The notes: generated from the letters alone by a model not told the origin. Counted from the first letter of the stretch, positions 38,120 to 51,432 are shown. The stretch is 64,000 nt of DNA from Octopus bimaculoides (GCF_001194135.2 NC_068993.1:45159431-45223430), one strand, 5' to 3'. Translations and numbers: made by a program.

Positions 38120-39520
38120 CCTAGCTTCTTATTGGTACCAACTTGAAGTGGAGATAACCACTTGATGCAGCATCATCCCGGTGTCCTTCTTTGCATTGGC
38201 AATAAATAAGCTCATCATCTCAGTAAAAAAGAAGTACTTGAACTTCCTCAGCAGGACATGAATAACGAAGCCATCCATTAGAGCTTTCAAGGCTAACCTC
38301 AAGGTGATAACAACAACAATGTAGAGAGCCGTATAGATCCCTCCAGGTGCTAGAGAAGCCTGTAGCATGGGCACGAGTGAATTTCAAACTTTCAAAGTCT
38401 CGGTGTATAGTTTTGATGAAGGCAGATGACCATATCCTGTCTGTACCTGGAAAAATCAGTGAAGAGTCTTGGATAGGTCTTCAACTACAATTATGGCATC
38501 GACTAGAGCAGACCTAGACGGACAGCTGGAAGCTGTAGAAAAGTCTGTATTACCAGGAATATTCAAGGCTTGGGTATAACAGCACAGGATCCTCCCAAGA
38601 ATCCTCTGATCTCTGTGCATCTATGGAACCTCTATGTCAAAATGGTGAGCTTAAAATGTAAGGTGAGCAGCCATCTTCGCAGAGGAGTGGATTTGTCTCA
38701 TCGATTGAGCAATATTGGGCTACAAAGAAGTAGCAAGAAACTCAAGTTTTCGTTTAGCTCTGTCAAGGAAAAATTCACGGTGACACGGGCACAAGGACAC
38801 CTGCAGAACACCGGTTCAAATGTCATCAAAGTGCCTGGTTCAGGGATTGCAGCGACAATAGAGGAAGAGGTAGGAAACCGATGAAGTCCAACAGGCCGTA
38901 GAGCAGTTTGAAGCGCAAGATTTTTGTTGCTGTTTGGTACAGGATAGGTCCGAACTCGGAAGTAAAACGACAACCTGATATGATGCGGATAGCAAGAGAG
39001 GAGATGCGGAAGTTGGAGTAGGAGGATTTGTGAAAATCGGTGAAAGAAAAACGAGCAAGTAGAGCGGAAGGGATTGTAACTTGGCAGTATAACTTGAAAT
39101 GAAATCCTCAGAGGATCAAGATCATGATCCACAGAACCTGTGATATCCTCCCGACTTCATCCAATCTGTTCACATGATGCATAATAAAAACAACTACATG
39201 TACTTTGTAATCTGAGGCAGAGACTTTCGAACACATCCCAAGCAACATTCTCCAAAGGCGAGGAACACTATTATTGGAGATACACTTGAATACTAAACAT
39301 CATTGCTGAGGTCATCAGCAAGGAGGTTATGATAGTGGAAATGCCCACATTACAGTCAGAAAGAAAAACTTTGTTAAGGTGGGAGAGCAACCGAAAAGGA
39401 AAAACTAAAAAAAGAAAAAAAGCAGGAAAAGCTTCGATCGATGAGAGTGTTTGTTGTAAGAATCGAATCACTCTAACTTCAAGATACAAAACTGACAATG
39501 TGTCCAAGATATGTACATGT
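38120..39520 (-). mobile_element. Highly degenerate APE-type LINE (CR1/L2-like) remnant
   Basis: Weak motifs only (DVFESLCLRLQS and a GPDG-like GTDRI region); many stops. Confidence 0.35.
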
Positions 39521-39698
39521 ATGTAGAACAAAATACAACACACACACACGCACACGCACACACACACATACACACACACACGCACCCCCCACACATCTGT
39601 CCTACGCTGTCCTATGCCCACGATACTTTAAGTCGTGCGGAATGTTAATAAATGCATGCAACTCCAACCAAATATGTTGAGTGCTACTTTCTTGTTTG

Positions 39699-39747
<49 letters not shown>

Positions 39748-39812
39748 GTACTATCTCTCTTTCTCTCTTTCTCTCTGTCTCTATCTCTCTGCCTATCTCT
39801 CTCTATCTATCA

Positions 39813-39874
<62 letters not shown>

Positions 39875-40889
39875 ATGTGTGTGTGTGTGTGTGTCTGTGT
39901 GTATGCACGTCATTTTCAGTAAGGAGTACAAGCGCTTGCAGCATTAAAGTAACAATTACAAAGTGGATATGTTTTATTTGTGTAGGATATGATTCTGCTG
40001 TTGAATTTCGTGATAAAAGCTACAGCATTAATTGTATAACAGCAGGCTCCATTGAATTGTGTTTCCTAAAAGAGCTAACGATGTTTGTGGCTTAGTGGAA
40101 AACTCTACAAAGATATTGAATTTGAAATGTTTGTAGCGATCTGAGAACGTATAATTAAACAAAGAGTGAGTTAATCCATAGAAATTCCTGTTTCCTATTG
40201 TTACGTTTTATGACACTAATATTATCGTGTATGTATTGAATTTTGTCAGTACAATTACTATCGTATAACTCTGCATTCATTATAAAGTTGTACACTACTA
40301 CTAAATGAGGCCCTGTCAGAAGATAAATGCTTCATATATTTCCTTTTCTTTTCTTTATCGATTTTGTCCCAAATAAAGCTTGAGACCACTGTAGTGTAAG
40401 GGAATAAAAAAAGAAACAAAAGAAGTGGCTTACAAATTCAAAAGATGTCGATTGACAGAAAACATAAAGGACTGATTATCGTTGATCAGAGAAAAACAAG
40501 ACAATGGTAGTGAGATCCAGAGAGCAGCAATTAGAAGAAAGAAGCTATTAGAATAAAAGGACTTATGACTAACGGGAAGCTCAACAGAAAAACGATGTGC
40601 CTGGGAAGAGAAGCAGGTGACACGTTTAAAGGTTTTGACAGAGGTTCTAGACCAGAAAGTTCATCAGAGCAATGACGATAGAAATACATATAATATAGCC
40701 ACAACGAAGATACATTTCGATGATGAGCACAAAACTCCAGCCTAGTAGGAAAAAAGAGGACCCATCATGCTAAAGAACTCAATTATGAATTCGATCAAGC
40801 AAGTTAAAGCATTCAGAGGAGATCTTAGCTTAAAGATGACAGCAGTATTCAATGTAAAGTCGAATGGTGACTTTATAGAGATATAAGGT

Positions 40890-41251
40890 GGAGGCGCAAT
40901 GGCCCAGTGGTTAGGGCAGCGGACTCACGGTCACAGGATCGCGGTTTCGATTCCCAGACCGGGCGTTGTGAGTGTTTATTGAGCGAAAACACCTAAAGCT
41001 CCACGAGGCTCCGGCAGAGGATGGTGGCGAACCCTGCTGTACTCTTTCTCTCACTCTTACTTCCTGTTTCTGTTGTGCCTGTAATTCAAATGGTCAGCCT
41101 TGTCACACTGTGTCACGCTGAATATCCCCGAGAACTACGTTAAGGGTACACGTGTCTGTGGATTACTCAGCCACTTGCACGTTAATTTCACGAGCAGGCT
41201 GTTCCGTTGATCGGATCAACTGGAACCCTCAACGTCGTAAGCGACGGAGTG
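40890..41251 (+). mobile_element. SINE family C, full length
   Basis: GGAGGCGCAATGGCCCAGTGGTTAGGGCAGCGGACTC...GGTTTCGATTCCCAGACC. Confidence 0.9.
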
Positions 41252-41404
41252 AATGTCAGAAGCATTGGTTTAGAGTTGTTTGTTTAAATTTTGGACGATG
41301 CTCGGTAAATTTTCATAGTGTTTCTTAGAAAGTAATTATTTGTTAGTACTTAAATTTAAAATGGTCTCCAGAAAGTTAACGGCATTAATATTAGTATCGA
41401 CTAT

Positions 41405-41730
41405 GAAGGCGTATGGCTAAGTGATTAGGATAATCGTCTCACGACCGTAAGGTCGTAAGTTCGATACCTGGTGGTATGTTGTGTCCTTGAGCAAGACACT
41501 TCATTTCACGTTGTTGCAGCTCACTCAGGTAACAGACACGAGTAGTTTCTGTATTCCAGAGGGGCAGACTTGTCATATTCTGTGTGACGCTGAATATCCC
41601 CGAGAACTACGTTAAGGTCACGCGTGTCTGTGGAGTACTCAGCCACTTGCACGTTAATTTCACGAGCAGGCTGTTCTGTTGATCCGATCAACGGAACCCT
41701 TGTCATGGTAATCCACGGGGTGCCAGTGAA
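41405..41730 (+). mobile_element. SINE with a different tRNA-like head and a family C body
   Basis: Shares CACGTTAATTTCACGAGCAGGCTGTT with 41170-41220. Confidence 0.75.
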
Positions 41731-43195
41731 AAAAATCGACCGAAATTGTTGGATCTAGTCCCTTAAGTGTAGTTTGAAAATTTTCCTAAATCTATCTAAA
41801 TTGACAACGTTGATATTACACGAGCCCATTATGTCTTCAGTTAGATTCCCCTACTTGTAAGGTGAAGGTGTGTAGAGTCACAAGGGAGCTATGTGTTAGT
41901 TGAAGAGGTGTAAATGTATTGGTCAAGTCCAAATAACTAAATATCTTGTTTAGATCCAGATCAATACAAGCCAAATAGAACTATGATCAAAGCCAATCTA
42001 GCCATGGCTATTCCATCTTATTTTTCCCCAGACATTGTATCTACGATTACATTCTCTAATGTATACTTTTAAAGATGTATGGGTGTGATCTGAAAGAATC
42101 GTGGCTGCTAATTATTGCAGATATAGAGACAAAAGCGCTCTCTGACTGCTGAAACATTTTGTTTGTAATCAGTGGTAGCGCTATAAAACTATTGAGTGTT
42201 TTGTTGCTTTGTAGTATATCATCAAAATTTCAATCCTTTCTGTAAAAGCTCTGTGCAATGGACCAGCGATGTTTTTGGTTCAGTCGGAGGTAGGGCGGTG
42301 CTGGGGACACATAATTCTCGTTCGTTGAATGCTATTAACCTGTCGGCAGAAGGGCAAAGAGTAAGCGGAAAAGTAGAATGACAAAGAAGGCCAGCGGCTG
42401 AATATAAATGTGGTAGCACATTGATGAGTTGGAAAACGGCCAAAGCAACAGCATTGTGAGGAACAGGTTGGCTAAAAGGCGTAGAAAGTTTTATGCGCCT
42501 TGTAGCGGGGACGGAATTAAATTTAAACTAAACCCGTTTCTACAAATTAATGGCTCTCTGCCAATGTAGGAAAAAATCAATAAATAATTTCTAAATCAAA
42601 ACACCAATCAATTCATAATTATTTTTGTTAATAATAATTCATAAACTCGATACTCTATCATACCTTTAGGAAGAACACTATAGTTGATTTAATCACCATT
42701 ACTTATTGATTATTACGTTTTGTTAATGTTTTGGTTTGGCGGAAGGAACAATGCCCATTGTCTTTGCATGTACTCCAAGACCAATGACATCAATGTCAGC
42801 TTTGCGTTCATCAAAAGTTAAGAACTGTGTACTACTGGGATCGATTGAACCGTCTAATACTCTCCATTTCTAAATTAAATCATATTTTTTTTCTTCCATA
42901 ATGCAACAAATCGATATTTATCGTGTCGAATGGTCTTACTGTTGAAAATACGCTCCTGGCGAATTAAGTACAGGGCCCGGTTTCGTTCTCGTTAGATGTT
43001 AGTTTATTTCGAATATAATATTAATGCTTTTTGGAAAGGCATGAACGTCATAATATCATTTCGCTATTTCTCCGAAAACGATGGATCGACGCAGTTAATA
43101 CTCTCACTCAAATAGTAAATAACTAACTGTGCATATTAAACTGTATTAAGTACTTTATTGAATAGCAATTTTCTAAGTTTTATAACTGAGATTAC

Positions 43196-43229
<34 letters not shown>

Positions 43230-43649
43230 CAATCTGGAATACTACAGTTTGACGGTAGCAGGACAAATCACTTGCATGTCGAGAATTCGAGAGGGTTGAC
43301 ATTCTGGGAAGGAATTTGGGAGGTGGATACAAAATTGGGATGAAAAACCGTTTTGGACAGAAAATGTCAAAGGCGGCCCGTGGGATACGAACCCACATTT
43401 CCCGTGTGGAGGGGCGTGGTCTATTTGCTAGGTTGTTGTACTCGTGATAGTAAGTTTGTGCTCGTAAGCAAAACACTTCATTTAACGTTGCTGCAGTCCA
43501 TTTAACTGGCGAAAAAGAGTAATGCTGCGACAGACCGACGTCCTGTCCAGTGGGAATATATGCGCCATGGAAACCGAGAAACCCGCCCTGTGGGTCTATA
43601 TGACTCGGGAAGGACCCTTAATCTATTTTAATCTTTTTTTAATAACTCA

Positions 43650-43860
43650 ACGAGCTAGAAGAGTCGTTGGAATACCGGGCAAAATGCGTAGGGACTTTTC
43701 CTCCGTGTTTACGTTCTGAATTCAAATTCCACCGAGATCAGCTTTGCTTTTCATCTTTTCGGGGTCGATAAAATTAAGTACCAGTTGAACACTGGGGTTG
43801 ATGTAATCCACTTAACCCCTCACTCGAAATTGCTGTCCTTGTGCCAAAATTTGAAATCAT
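43650..43860 (+). mobile_element. SINE family A
   Basis: Core CTTTGCTTTTCATCTTTTCGGGGTCGATAAAATTAAGTACCAGTTG. Confidence 0.8.
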
Positions 43861-44544
43861 TATTTATAGTTTCATGTGTTTCGAGATCCACTGTTCCTAA
43901 AAAGATATATATGTGTGTGCGTTTGTACACACACACACACACAATGGGTATTATTAGGAGATGTTGGTCAACCCAAAACTATAACAAAAGGCACTTGTCC
44001 AAATGGCAGCAGAGTGGGGGAGAAAGCCAGAACCATGTGGTTGCAAAATGAACGTCGTAACCTCACGGCCTATGATCTGAGTTCAAATGCCATCAGTGTC
44101 AATTTTGTGTTTCATCCCTCTGAAGATCGATAACTTAAAAACTAGCTTTGGTATTGAGATCGATCGAATTCACTAGTGCTTCTACTCTTCATTTAAATTA
44201 TGTTTGTTTGAGCTATAATACAACAAATCAATATTTATTGTGTCGAATGGTGTTACTACTGAAGATACGCTCATGAAAAGTCGAGGCCAAGAACAGGTTT
44301 CGATTCTTGTTAGATGCCAGTTTATTTCATTTATAACGTCAATGCTTTTTGGAAAGCCATAAACGTCGTAATATTATTTCTTTCTCTAATTCCTTCAAAT
44401 GATGGAAATGCTGTGCATAAAACACTAGAAATACAATGTCTCACAAGGGCCACACAGAAATGTTTGCAATTTATCATGTGTTCGCTTCAGACCTAGGTAT
44501 TTGCGTTTAAAATGTGTCCCTTCATTATGAGCTACCCTGTTTAA

Positions 44545-44720
44545 GGAGGTGAGCTGGCACAATCGTTAGAGTGTCGGGAAAATGCTTAGTGGTATTTGTT
44601 CTGGGTCTTTACATTCTGAATTCAAAGTCAGCCTATGTTAACTTTATTTTTCATCCCTCCGGGGTCGAGAAATTAAATTAGTAGTCAAGTACTGGGGTCG
44701 ATATAATCGACTTAGCCCAT
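44545..44720 (+). mobile_element. SINE family A
   Basis: GAGGTGAGCTGGCACAATCGTTAG head. Confidence 0.75.
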
Positions 44721-44824
44721 CCCGGTACTCTGAAATACTATAAGGATTCTGTAGCCTTGTCAGAAATATAACTGAATCTTTATGATTAGTCGTAAATAAA
44801 ATGGTTTAGTCGGAAATAAAATAA

Positions 44825-45172
44825 TTTAGTTCAAACGTAAAATCTGTGCTTTTGTATGGCTCTGAAACATGGAGAGCCACCTGCAGCAACTACCAGAAGA
44901 TTCAGGCTTTCATCAACAATATCTCCGGCAGATCCTCCATCTGAAATGATTCGACAGAGTGCCAAACACCGACCTGTGGGAAAGGGCCAACCAGGAGCCC
45001 ATACATGTTCAGATTAGACGAAGGAAATGGAGATGGATCGGACACACACTGCGGAAAAACCCCTCAAATGTGACACGACAAGCACTTGACTGGAACCCGC
45101 AGGGGAAAAAGAAGCGAGGACGCCCAAAGCAGACATGGAAGCGGAGCGTTTTGGACGAGCTCAAGACCACCA
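44825..45172 (+). mobile_element. RTE-clade LINE, C-terminal region after the RT
   Basis: NVKSVLLYGSETW; IRRRKWRWIGHTLRK...RQALDWNPQGKKKRGRPKQTWKR. Confidence 0.92.
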
Positions 45173-45299
45173 GAACTGACAGTCAATCAATAGAATCTTT
45201 GGGAAAAGATTTATGCATTAATGGATGATTATAGATCTTGGTGGAAGGAGCATTATTTGATGTGTTTAAAACTTAGCACTTAAATTCTCATCCTTTCTT

Positions 45300-45925
45300 T
45301 GCAGTACTCGGCGGCGAACCCATTTCGTGCAAGTTGGAGATTATCTTGTCGTCTGCAAACATCAGCTAACCGGTTCTACATGAACATGTAATTAGAATAT
45401 CGCAAGAAAGTATTGCAAAACGAATTCTTCAAGCATAGACAATCGGCAGGAGATAGGGGTAGACCAAGAAGAAGATGAGTGGATAATATCCATAGTCTCA
45501 GAAAGTCATACTTGGGAATGATGGTTATCTCTGATAGAACTCTATGAAGGAAGTGCCTGAGGACTCTACCCCCACGATTCTCTCAGAAATCGAATGGTGG
45601 ACAGAGTGAACAGATGGATGGAAAACACAGTGCTGAAAAATCAATATCAGGGTTCGTTTTTACAAGTTTCCATCCACTTCTTGCAAGCCTTCCCAAAATA
45701 TTTCTGTTTATATCAGTTACCTGTACCTATAAGAGGCGTCTATTTAAATCTGGGAGGGTGGAGATGAGTCACAGGTTTGGTGTGAGAGCATATGAGCTAG
45801 TGGATTTTCTTGGTCGTGCATTTGAGCCTTCGCTGACTCAACTACATGCGAACTGGAGCAGAATCAGTGTTAGATAAAATGCATTGTGGAATTTATTCCA
45901 TTAAGATTCCAGTTGCATCAACAGC
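45300..45925 (-). mobile_element. Possible deleted LINE remnant
   Basis: CNWNLNGINS (APE-start-like) near 45900 and LMFADDK (RT-like) near 45350. Confidence 0.35.
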
Positions 45926-45999
45926 AGTAGTGTAGCCGGCATTCACAAACTACAGTAATATTGGTTTCAAATTTTGGCACAAGACCAGAGAAACGGCAG

Positions 46000-46445
46000 T
46001 AATATTGATTTCACATTTTGGCACGAGACCAGAAATTTCGAGGAATGGGCTAAGTCGACTATATTGATTCCAGTACACAACTGGTACTTATTTTATCGAC
46101 CCCGAAAGAGATGAAAGGCAAAGTCGACCTCGACGGCATTTGAACTCAGAACGTAATGACGAACGAAATTCTCTAAGCATTTTCCCCGCGTGCTAACGAT
46201 TCTGCCAGCTCGCCGCCTTACAACTATTAATAATATTACTGCCTCTAAAGCTGGTAGAATCATTAGCACGCGGGGAAAATGCTTAGCAGCAATCGTTATG
46301 TTCTGAGATCAAGTTTCGCCGAGGTCAGCTTTGCTTTTCATTCTTCCGGGGTCGATAAAATAAGTACTTATTGAACATTGGGTTCTACGGAATCGGCTTA
46401 CCGTCTTCCCCGATATTACTGGCCTTGTGCCAAAATTTGAAACCA
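46000..46445. mobile_element. Head-to-head pair of family A SINEs (minus 46000-46217, plus 46248-46445)
   Basis: Both match family A in opposite orientations. Confidence 0.82.
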
Positions 46446-46479
46446 GTGTTAACAATCGTTATCGTGATGGTAATGGTGG

Positions 46480-46494
46480 TGATACTACTACTAT

Positions 46495-46532
<38 letters not shown>

Positions 46533-47070
46533 GTAGTAGTAGTAGTAGAAATAAAATGAGAAGCTGTGGAAGCTAGCATAAGAAACAACAGTAGTAGAGT
46601 AATCATCATCATCATCCTCAGCAACAGTAGTAGTAGTAGTTGTAGTAGGATGAGGAGGAGGAGATCTACAATAGAAACAACTGCAGTAGGAACATCACCA
46701 CCATCAGAAGCAGCAACAGCTATAGTAGTCGAAGTAGTCGTCGTCGTAGGAACTGCAGTTGTCAACTGCAGTAGTTGTAGAAGTTGTGGCAGCAGCGGCA
46801 GCTGTAGTATAGTAGTAGTAGTAATAGTGGAGTTTGCAGTAGAAACAATAAAAGCAGCAGTAGAGACTATTGCTGGCAGTCTCTGCTGGTGCTGCTGCAA
46901 CGTTGACAGCAGTAGTAGTAATAGTGCTTGCAGTAGAAAAACAGCAAGCAGAAGTCGTAACGGCAGTAGTAAGAATCTGCAATAGTAGTAGTAGCAGTAG
47001 TAGCAGGAGTAGCAGGAGAGCAGAGTCAGCAGAGAAAGAACAACAGCAGCAACTGCAGCAGTCGTACAAT
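46480..47070. repeat. Compound trinucleotide low-complexity tract (CTA/AGT/AGC)
   Basis: Direct inspection. Confidence 0.9.
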
Positions 47071-47928
47071 GAATTTTGATTGGTTAGTGTATATATATAT
47101 ATATATATATATATNNNNNNNNNNNNNNNNNNNNNNNNNNNNNNNNNNNNNNNNNNNNNNNNNNNNNNNNNNNNNNNNNNNNNNNNNNNNNNNNNNNNNN
47201 NNNNNNNNNNNNNNNNNNNNNNNNNNNNNNNNNNNNNNNNNNNNNNNNNNNNNNNNNNNNNNNNNNNNNNNNNNNNNNNNNNNNNNNNNNNNNNNNNNNN
47301 NNNNNNNNNNNNNNNNNNNNNNNNNNNNNNNNNNNNNNNNNNNNNNNNNNNNNNNNNNNNNNNNNNNNNNNNNNNNNNNNNNNNNNNNNNNNNNNNNNNN
47401 NNNNNNNNNNNNNNNNNNNNNNNNNNNNNNNNNNNNNNNNNNNNNNNNNNNNNNNNNNNNNNNNNNNNNNNNNNNNNNNNNNNNNNNNNNNNNNNNNNNN
47501 NNNNNNNNNNNNNNNNNNNNNNNNNNNNNNNNNNNNNNNNNNNNNNNNNNNNNNNNNNNNNNNNNNNNNNNNNNNNNNNNNNNNNNNNNNNNNNNNNNNN
47601 NNNNNNNNNNNNNNNNNNNNNNNNNNNNNNNNNNNNNNNNNNNNNNNNNNNNNNNNNNNNNNNNNNNNNNNNNNNNNNNNNNNNNNNNNNNNNNNNNNNN
47701 NNNNNNNNNNNNNNNNNNNNNNNNNNNNNNNNNNNNNNNNNNNNNNNNNNNNNNNNNNNNNNNNNNNNNNNNNNNNNNNNNNNNNNNNNNNNNNNNNNNN
47801 NNNNNNNNNNNNNNNNNNNNNNNNNNNNNNNNNNNNNNNNNNNNNNNNNNNNNNNNNNNNNNNNNNNNNNNNNNNNNNNNNNNNNNNNNNNNNNNNNNNN
47901 NNNNNNNNNNNNNNNNTATGTATGTACA

Positions 47929-47959
<31 letters not shown>

Positions 47960-48014
47960 AAAGAATGAGGTAAAGTGACCAATGGCATAAATAAATTTAT
48001 ATTTTATGTAGAAT

Positions 48015-48063
48015 GTCTTACAGCTGTTTCAGGGAAAATTCAATGTATCCCTTCATCGGAGAC
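48015..48063 (-). ncRNA. Minimal type I hammerhead-ribozyme-like motif (Penelope/retrozyme type)
   Basis: Minus strand GTCT-CCGATGA-AGGGA-TACATTGAATTT-TCCCT-GAAAC-AGCT-GTA-AGAC; 4-bp stem I, 5-bp stem II, palindromic ACAGCTGT stem III, GUA site; one core change (U4 to C). Confidence 0.7.
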
Positions 48064-48169
48064 GGTAATAGTAGAAGTTAAGGATTATTAAATCTGTATG
48101 AGGAGACTTGCAGTAAGAAATGAGAGCGATGCGGAGAAGAAAAAACAAAAAAGAAGAAAAAGTACTTGG

Positions 48170-48316
48170 AGTATAGTTCCATTCCAAAAGTAAATATCCA
48201 TGAAAAGATGAAAGGTAAAGTCGACCTCGGCGGAATTTGAACTCAGAACGTAACGACAGACGAAATACGGCGAAGCATTTCTCGCGGCGTGCTAACGTTT
48301 CTGCCAGCTCGTCGCC
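48170..48316 (-). mobile_element. SINE family A
   Basis: AAAGTCGACCTCGGCGGAATTTGAACTCAGAACG. Confidence 0.85.
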
Positions 48317-48739
48317 TAGTGCCTGTAGAGTGCTCATTCACATGTACGTTAATTTCACGAATAGACTCGTTCCGTTGATCGAATCAACTGGAACTCTGGT
48401 CGTCGCAACTGACGGAGTGCCAGTTGCTAGTATTATAGAATAAACAGTACATGTGTAAAAAAGTTGAACTTAATTAAGATATATTAGGCTGTCAGGACAA
48501 TCATAAATGACAATCCTTTTAGACAATATCTTCCCCGGCTCCTTACATACTCGTCTTCTCCTCATGGTGAAACTAAACTAAAATACTGTTGTTTATAATT
48601 CTCTCGTGTATTTTAATCAAGTTTAATTAATTTACAACCCCAATGTTGGCTCACAAAATACGTCAAGAATGCATTTTCAAGCAAACATTCTCGGAACTGG
48701 AAAACCCGTTAGCACATCGGACAGTGTTTAGCAGCATTA

Positions 48740-50640
48740 CTTCTGACTCAGTAAGGGTTATGAACCATATGAGATACCACAATGTCATGAAGTGTCGCAT
48801 CAATGGCAGGATCAGGAATTTCGGCCGAAATTATAGAATCAGTTTGATTTGAGTTAATTTTTGTGCATAGCCAAAGAAAAATATGGGCATGAAGTAATCT
48901 CCTTTTTTCCCATTCCACTGTAGACATGGAACAGCGAATTTCCCCAAAGATATATGACTTTGAAAAGAAGAGCATCATCTTATTTAATTTTAAGTGAAAA
49001 ACCCGTGTTATGAGATCATGTCTATGACGAGCTCGTTGATCAAGAAAGAGTTCCTCTTGTATTTCACGCAATTTCGGGTTACATGTAAAAGTTATAAATA
49101 AATCTGGTCTACCATATTTTCGTACTTACGATGGAAGGATACACAATTGCCCCAGATTATTTCCATACCCATCATTGTTTATGTGGCCCCGTAAGTGAAT
49201 GTAAGAAGCAACCCAAAGCTCTTTTTGGTGTGTTCTTACATAGGCAAGTCTTTCTGATTCAATCTTGGCATACGCGTCAACAACAAATTGAAGTAAATCC
49301 TTACTTCGATGCAATAAATTAAAACTGAAGTGTCTAAACATAAGATGAAATGCATAAAAATCCATACACAATACGGTTTTTCTAGAATTTTCTCCTGTCT
49401 GAGGAATACCAAAGTGATATCAATCTGTTCCATATGGAAAAAAGCAGCGGGTACTGTAGAGCATTATAGGAACGATGTGTATCACTTACTCGTTGAATGG
49501 AACAATCTCTACGCTTTATAATTATATCCCATTTCCAGTTTGTTCACCTGCTAAAATTATAGCAACCTCATTAGTCTCTGGTGCATTGAAACGCCGTGAA
49601 TGCTCAGTTGGGGGCCCATCCATCAGAATTCATCACCAATTGAACATTTCTGCTTTGTGTATTATCAAGGGTATATTTGAAACTCCTGATATAATTATCA
49701 TTGTTATGAAGCATTTGTTGAAGTTGTATTATGTCAAATTGAAACCGTTCATCAAGATTATACTTTGTTTCAGCTTGCTTTTGCATATTGTTAATGAAAT
49801 AAACTTGCAAAAATTTATGGTCTTCATTTTCTAGTGGTAAAATGCTACCAATTCGATGATATACTTGCCTTGGATTTTGAACGTGAGCATGGATCCTTTC
49901 TCATTCACAATATTTGCCCGAAATGAAGTCATTTGGAAAGCATTATTTTAGTGTTTTAATTTTTGTAGCAAATGCTTTGAATGCGGGGAAGTTCAACGAA
50001 GAAAATTTTTCAGTTCATCAGGAAGGCTAGGAAAGAAAGGTAGCATAATTTCCTCCCTTCTGCAGTATAACCCGGGAGGTTCATTTAACCATTTTTTACC
50101 ACCACAGTAATAGCATTGGTGAGACAGTGAGCCAATTTTATAGCAATGATTGGGGTTGTAATTGAAAGCAGCAAGACGCCATTGCTGACGTGACCTACCT
50201 TCGTTGTGCCTGATTCGGTCATTTTCACGTCTATTTGTAGTTCCTTGTGGTATTTCTTGCATACGATATGATGCTCTTCGAAGACGATTAACTGCAAGTC
50301 GTGCATTTCTTTCGCCTTCGTTTTCTGCTGCATGTCGTGCTGCCATTCTTTGTTGGCTGTCTGCACGTCATGAATTTCTCTGATGTTCGATTTCAGGTGC
50401 CCGTCGAGCTTTCTTTGTCGATCATCTGCAAGCCGTGCGCGTTTCGCATCTTCGTTTTCTGCTGCACATCGTGCGTTTCTTTGATCTTCGTTTTCTGCTG
50501 CACCTCGAGCTGACATTCTTTGTTGGCTGTCTGCAAGTCGTGCATTCCTTTGATGTTCGATTTCAGGTGCACGTCGAGCTTTCTTTGTTTGTCGATCATC
50601 TGCAAGCCGTGCGCGTTTCTCACACACACACACAAGATGA
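48740..50640 (-). mobile_element. Helitron RepHel pseudogene (N-terminal repeats, Zn finger, Rep motifs 1-2; helicase absent)
   Basis: CYYCGGKKWLNEP, RRFNAPETNEVA, VVDAYAKIESERLAYVR, GRPDLFITFTCNP, VEWEKRRLLHAHIFLW, ISAEIPDP..LHDIV..HMVH; frameshifted. Confidence 0.93.
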
Positions 50641-50654
50641 AGATTGATAAGGCT

Positions 50655-51235
50655 CGGACAGCAAATGCTGAATGTGTGGGTGAGGAAACGAAAGCGATGA
50701 CCATCTCCTAAGTGAATGCAGTAAGCAAGCGCAAAAGAGTGTAATAGCAGACAAAGCTAAATCGGTAAAAGATTGCATTTGAATATTAGCTTAAATTGGG
50801 GATTCGAAGTGACAGAAACTTAGTATGAGCACAAGGTAGAGGCTGTGACGGTGAATGATTGTTACCAGATTTAATGAGATTTCTCTAAAGCGATTGACCA
50901 TACTGTGGAAGAAAATTAGATATCGGAAAAGGGTAAAAAAAATCCTCACAAACAACAAAATGTAAAATCATAAACGTTACAATACCATACGATAGTAGGG
51001 TGAATAAAAAAGGGATTGAGGAAACGGAGAAATATCAGGTACTAACCAGCGAGGTGAAGATATGGAAAACAAGGGCAATAATTGTGCACTTAATACAACA
51101 TCAAAACCTGTAGGGCTAAAGAATATTGGATCTGAAACATGTATTGTTGTCTTGCATGCAAGTGTCATTCTGTATTCTGCCAGAACCTTGAGAGAAATTC
51201 TTGGGATTTGAAAAGACTTGTCAACAAACCTGAGG
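50655..51235 (+). mobile_element. Degenerate R4/Dong-like LINE zinc-knuckle and RLE fragment
   Basis: C.MCG..LSECSKQAQK-like knuckle and C-terminal ARTLREILGI*. Confidence 0.55.
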
Positions 51236-51432
51236 ATAAGAGTTATATATACTAATTACATTAGCATGTTATAACCTTTGTATGATATATTTTGAACCAG
51301 AAATACTGTTCATTTCACTGAATTCAATAACAGAGTCAATTTCTATCTACTGCAAATCTCATCGCACTCATCTTATTACTTAATTACCTTCGTAAAGAGT
51401 CGCATCAATCTTTATAAATTAACAATGATAAT

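Noticed and set aside
40380-42500. Very old LINE-like remnants at 40400-40880 (+) and 42180-42500 (-)
   Set aside because: Only vague resemblance to RTE/CR1 peptides; cannot be supported without alignment
44257-44285. CTGAAGA...GAAAAGTC hammerhead-like string (also CTGATGA near 62786)
   Set aside because: Stems I and II cannot form
44314-44496. ORF with QCLTRATQKCLQFIMC as a possible paralogue of exon 2
   Set aside because: Cys spacing differs, there is no in-frame acceptor/donor pair, and it overlaps the local duplication
46385-47079. Ser/Thr/Leu/Val-rich ORFs on both strands
   Set aside because: A trinucleotide low-complexity tract open in several frames, with no clear splice signals or complex sequence
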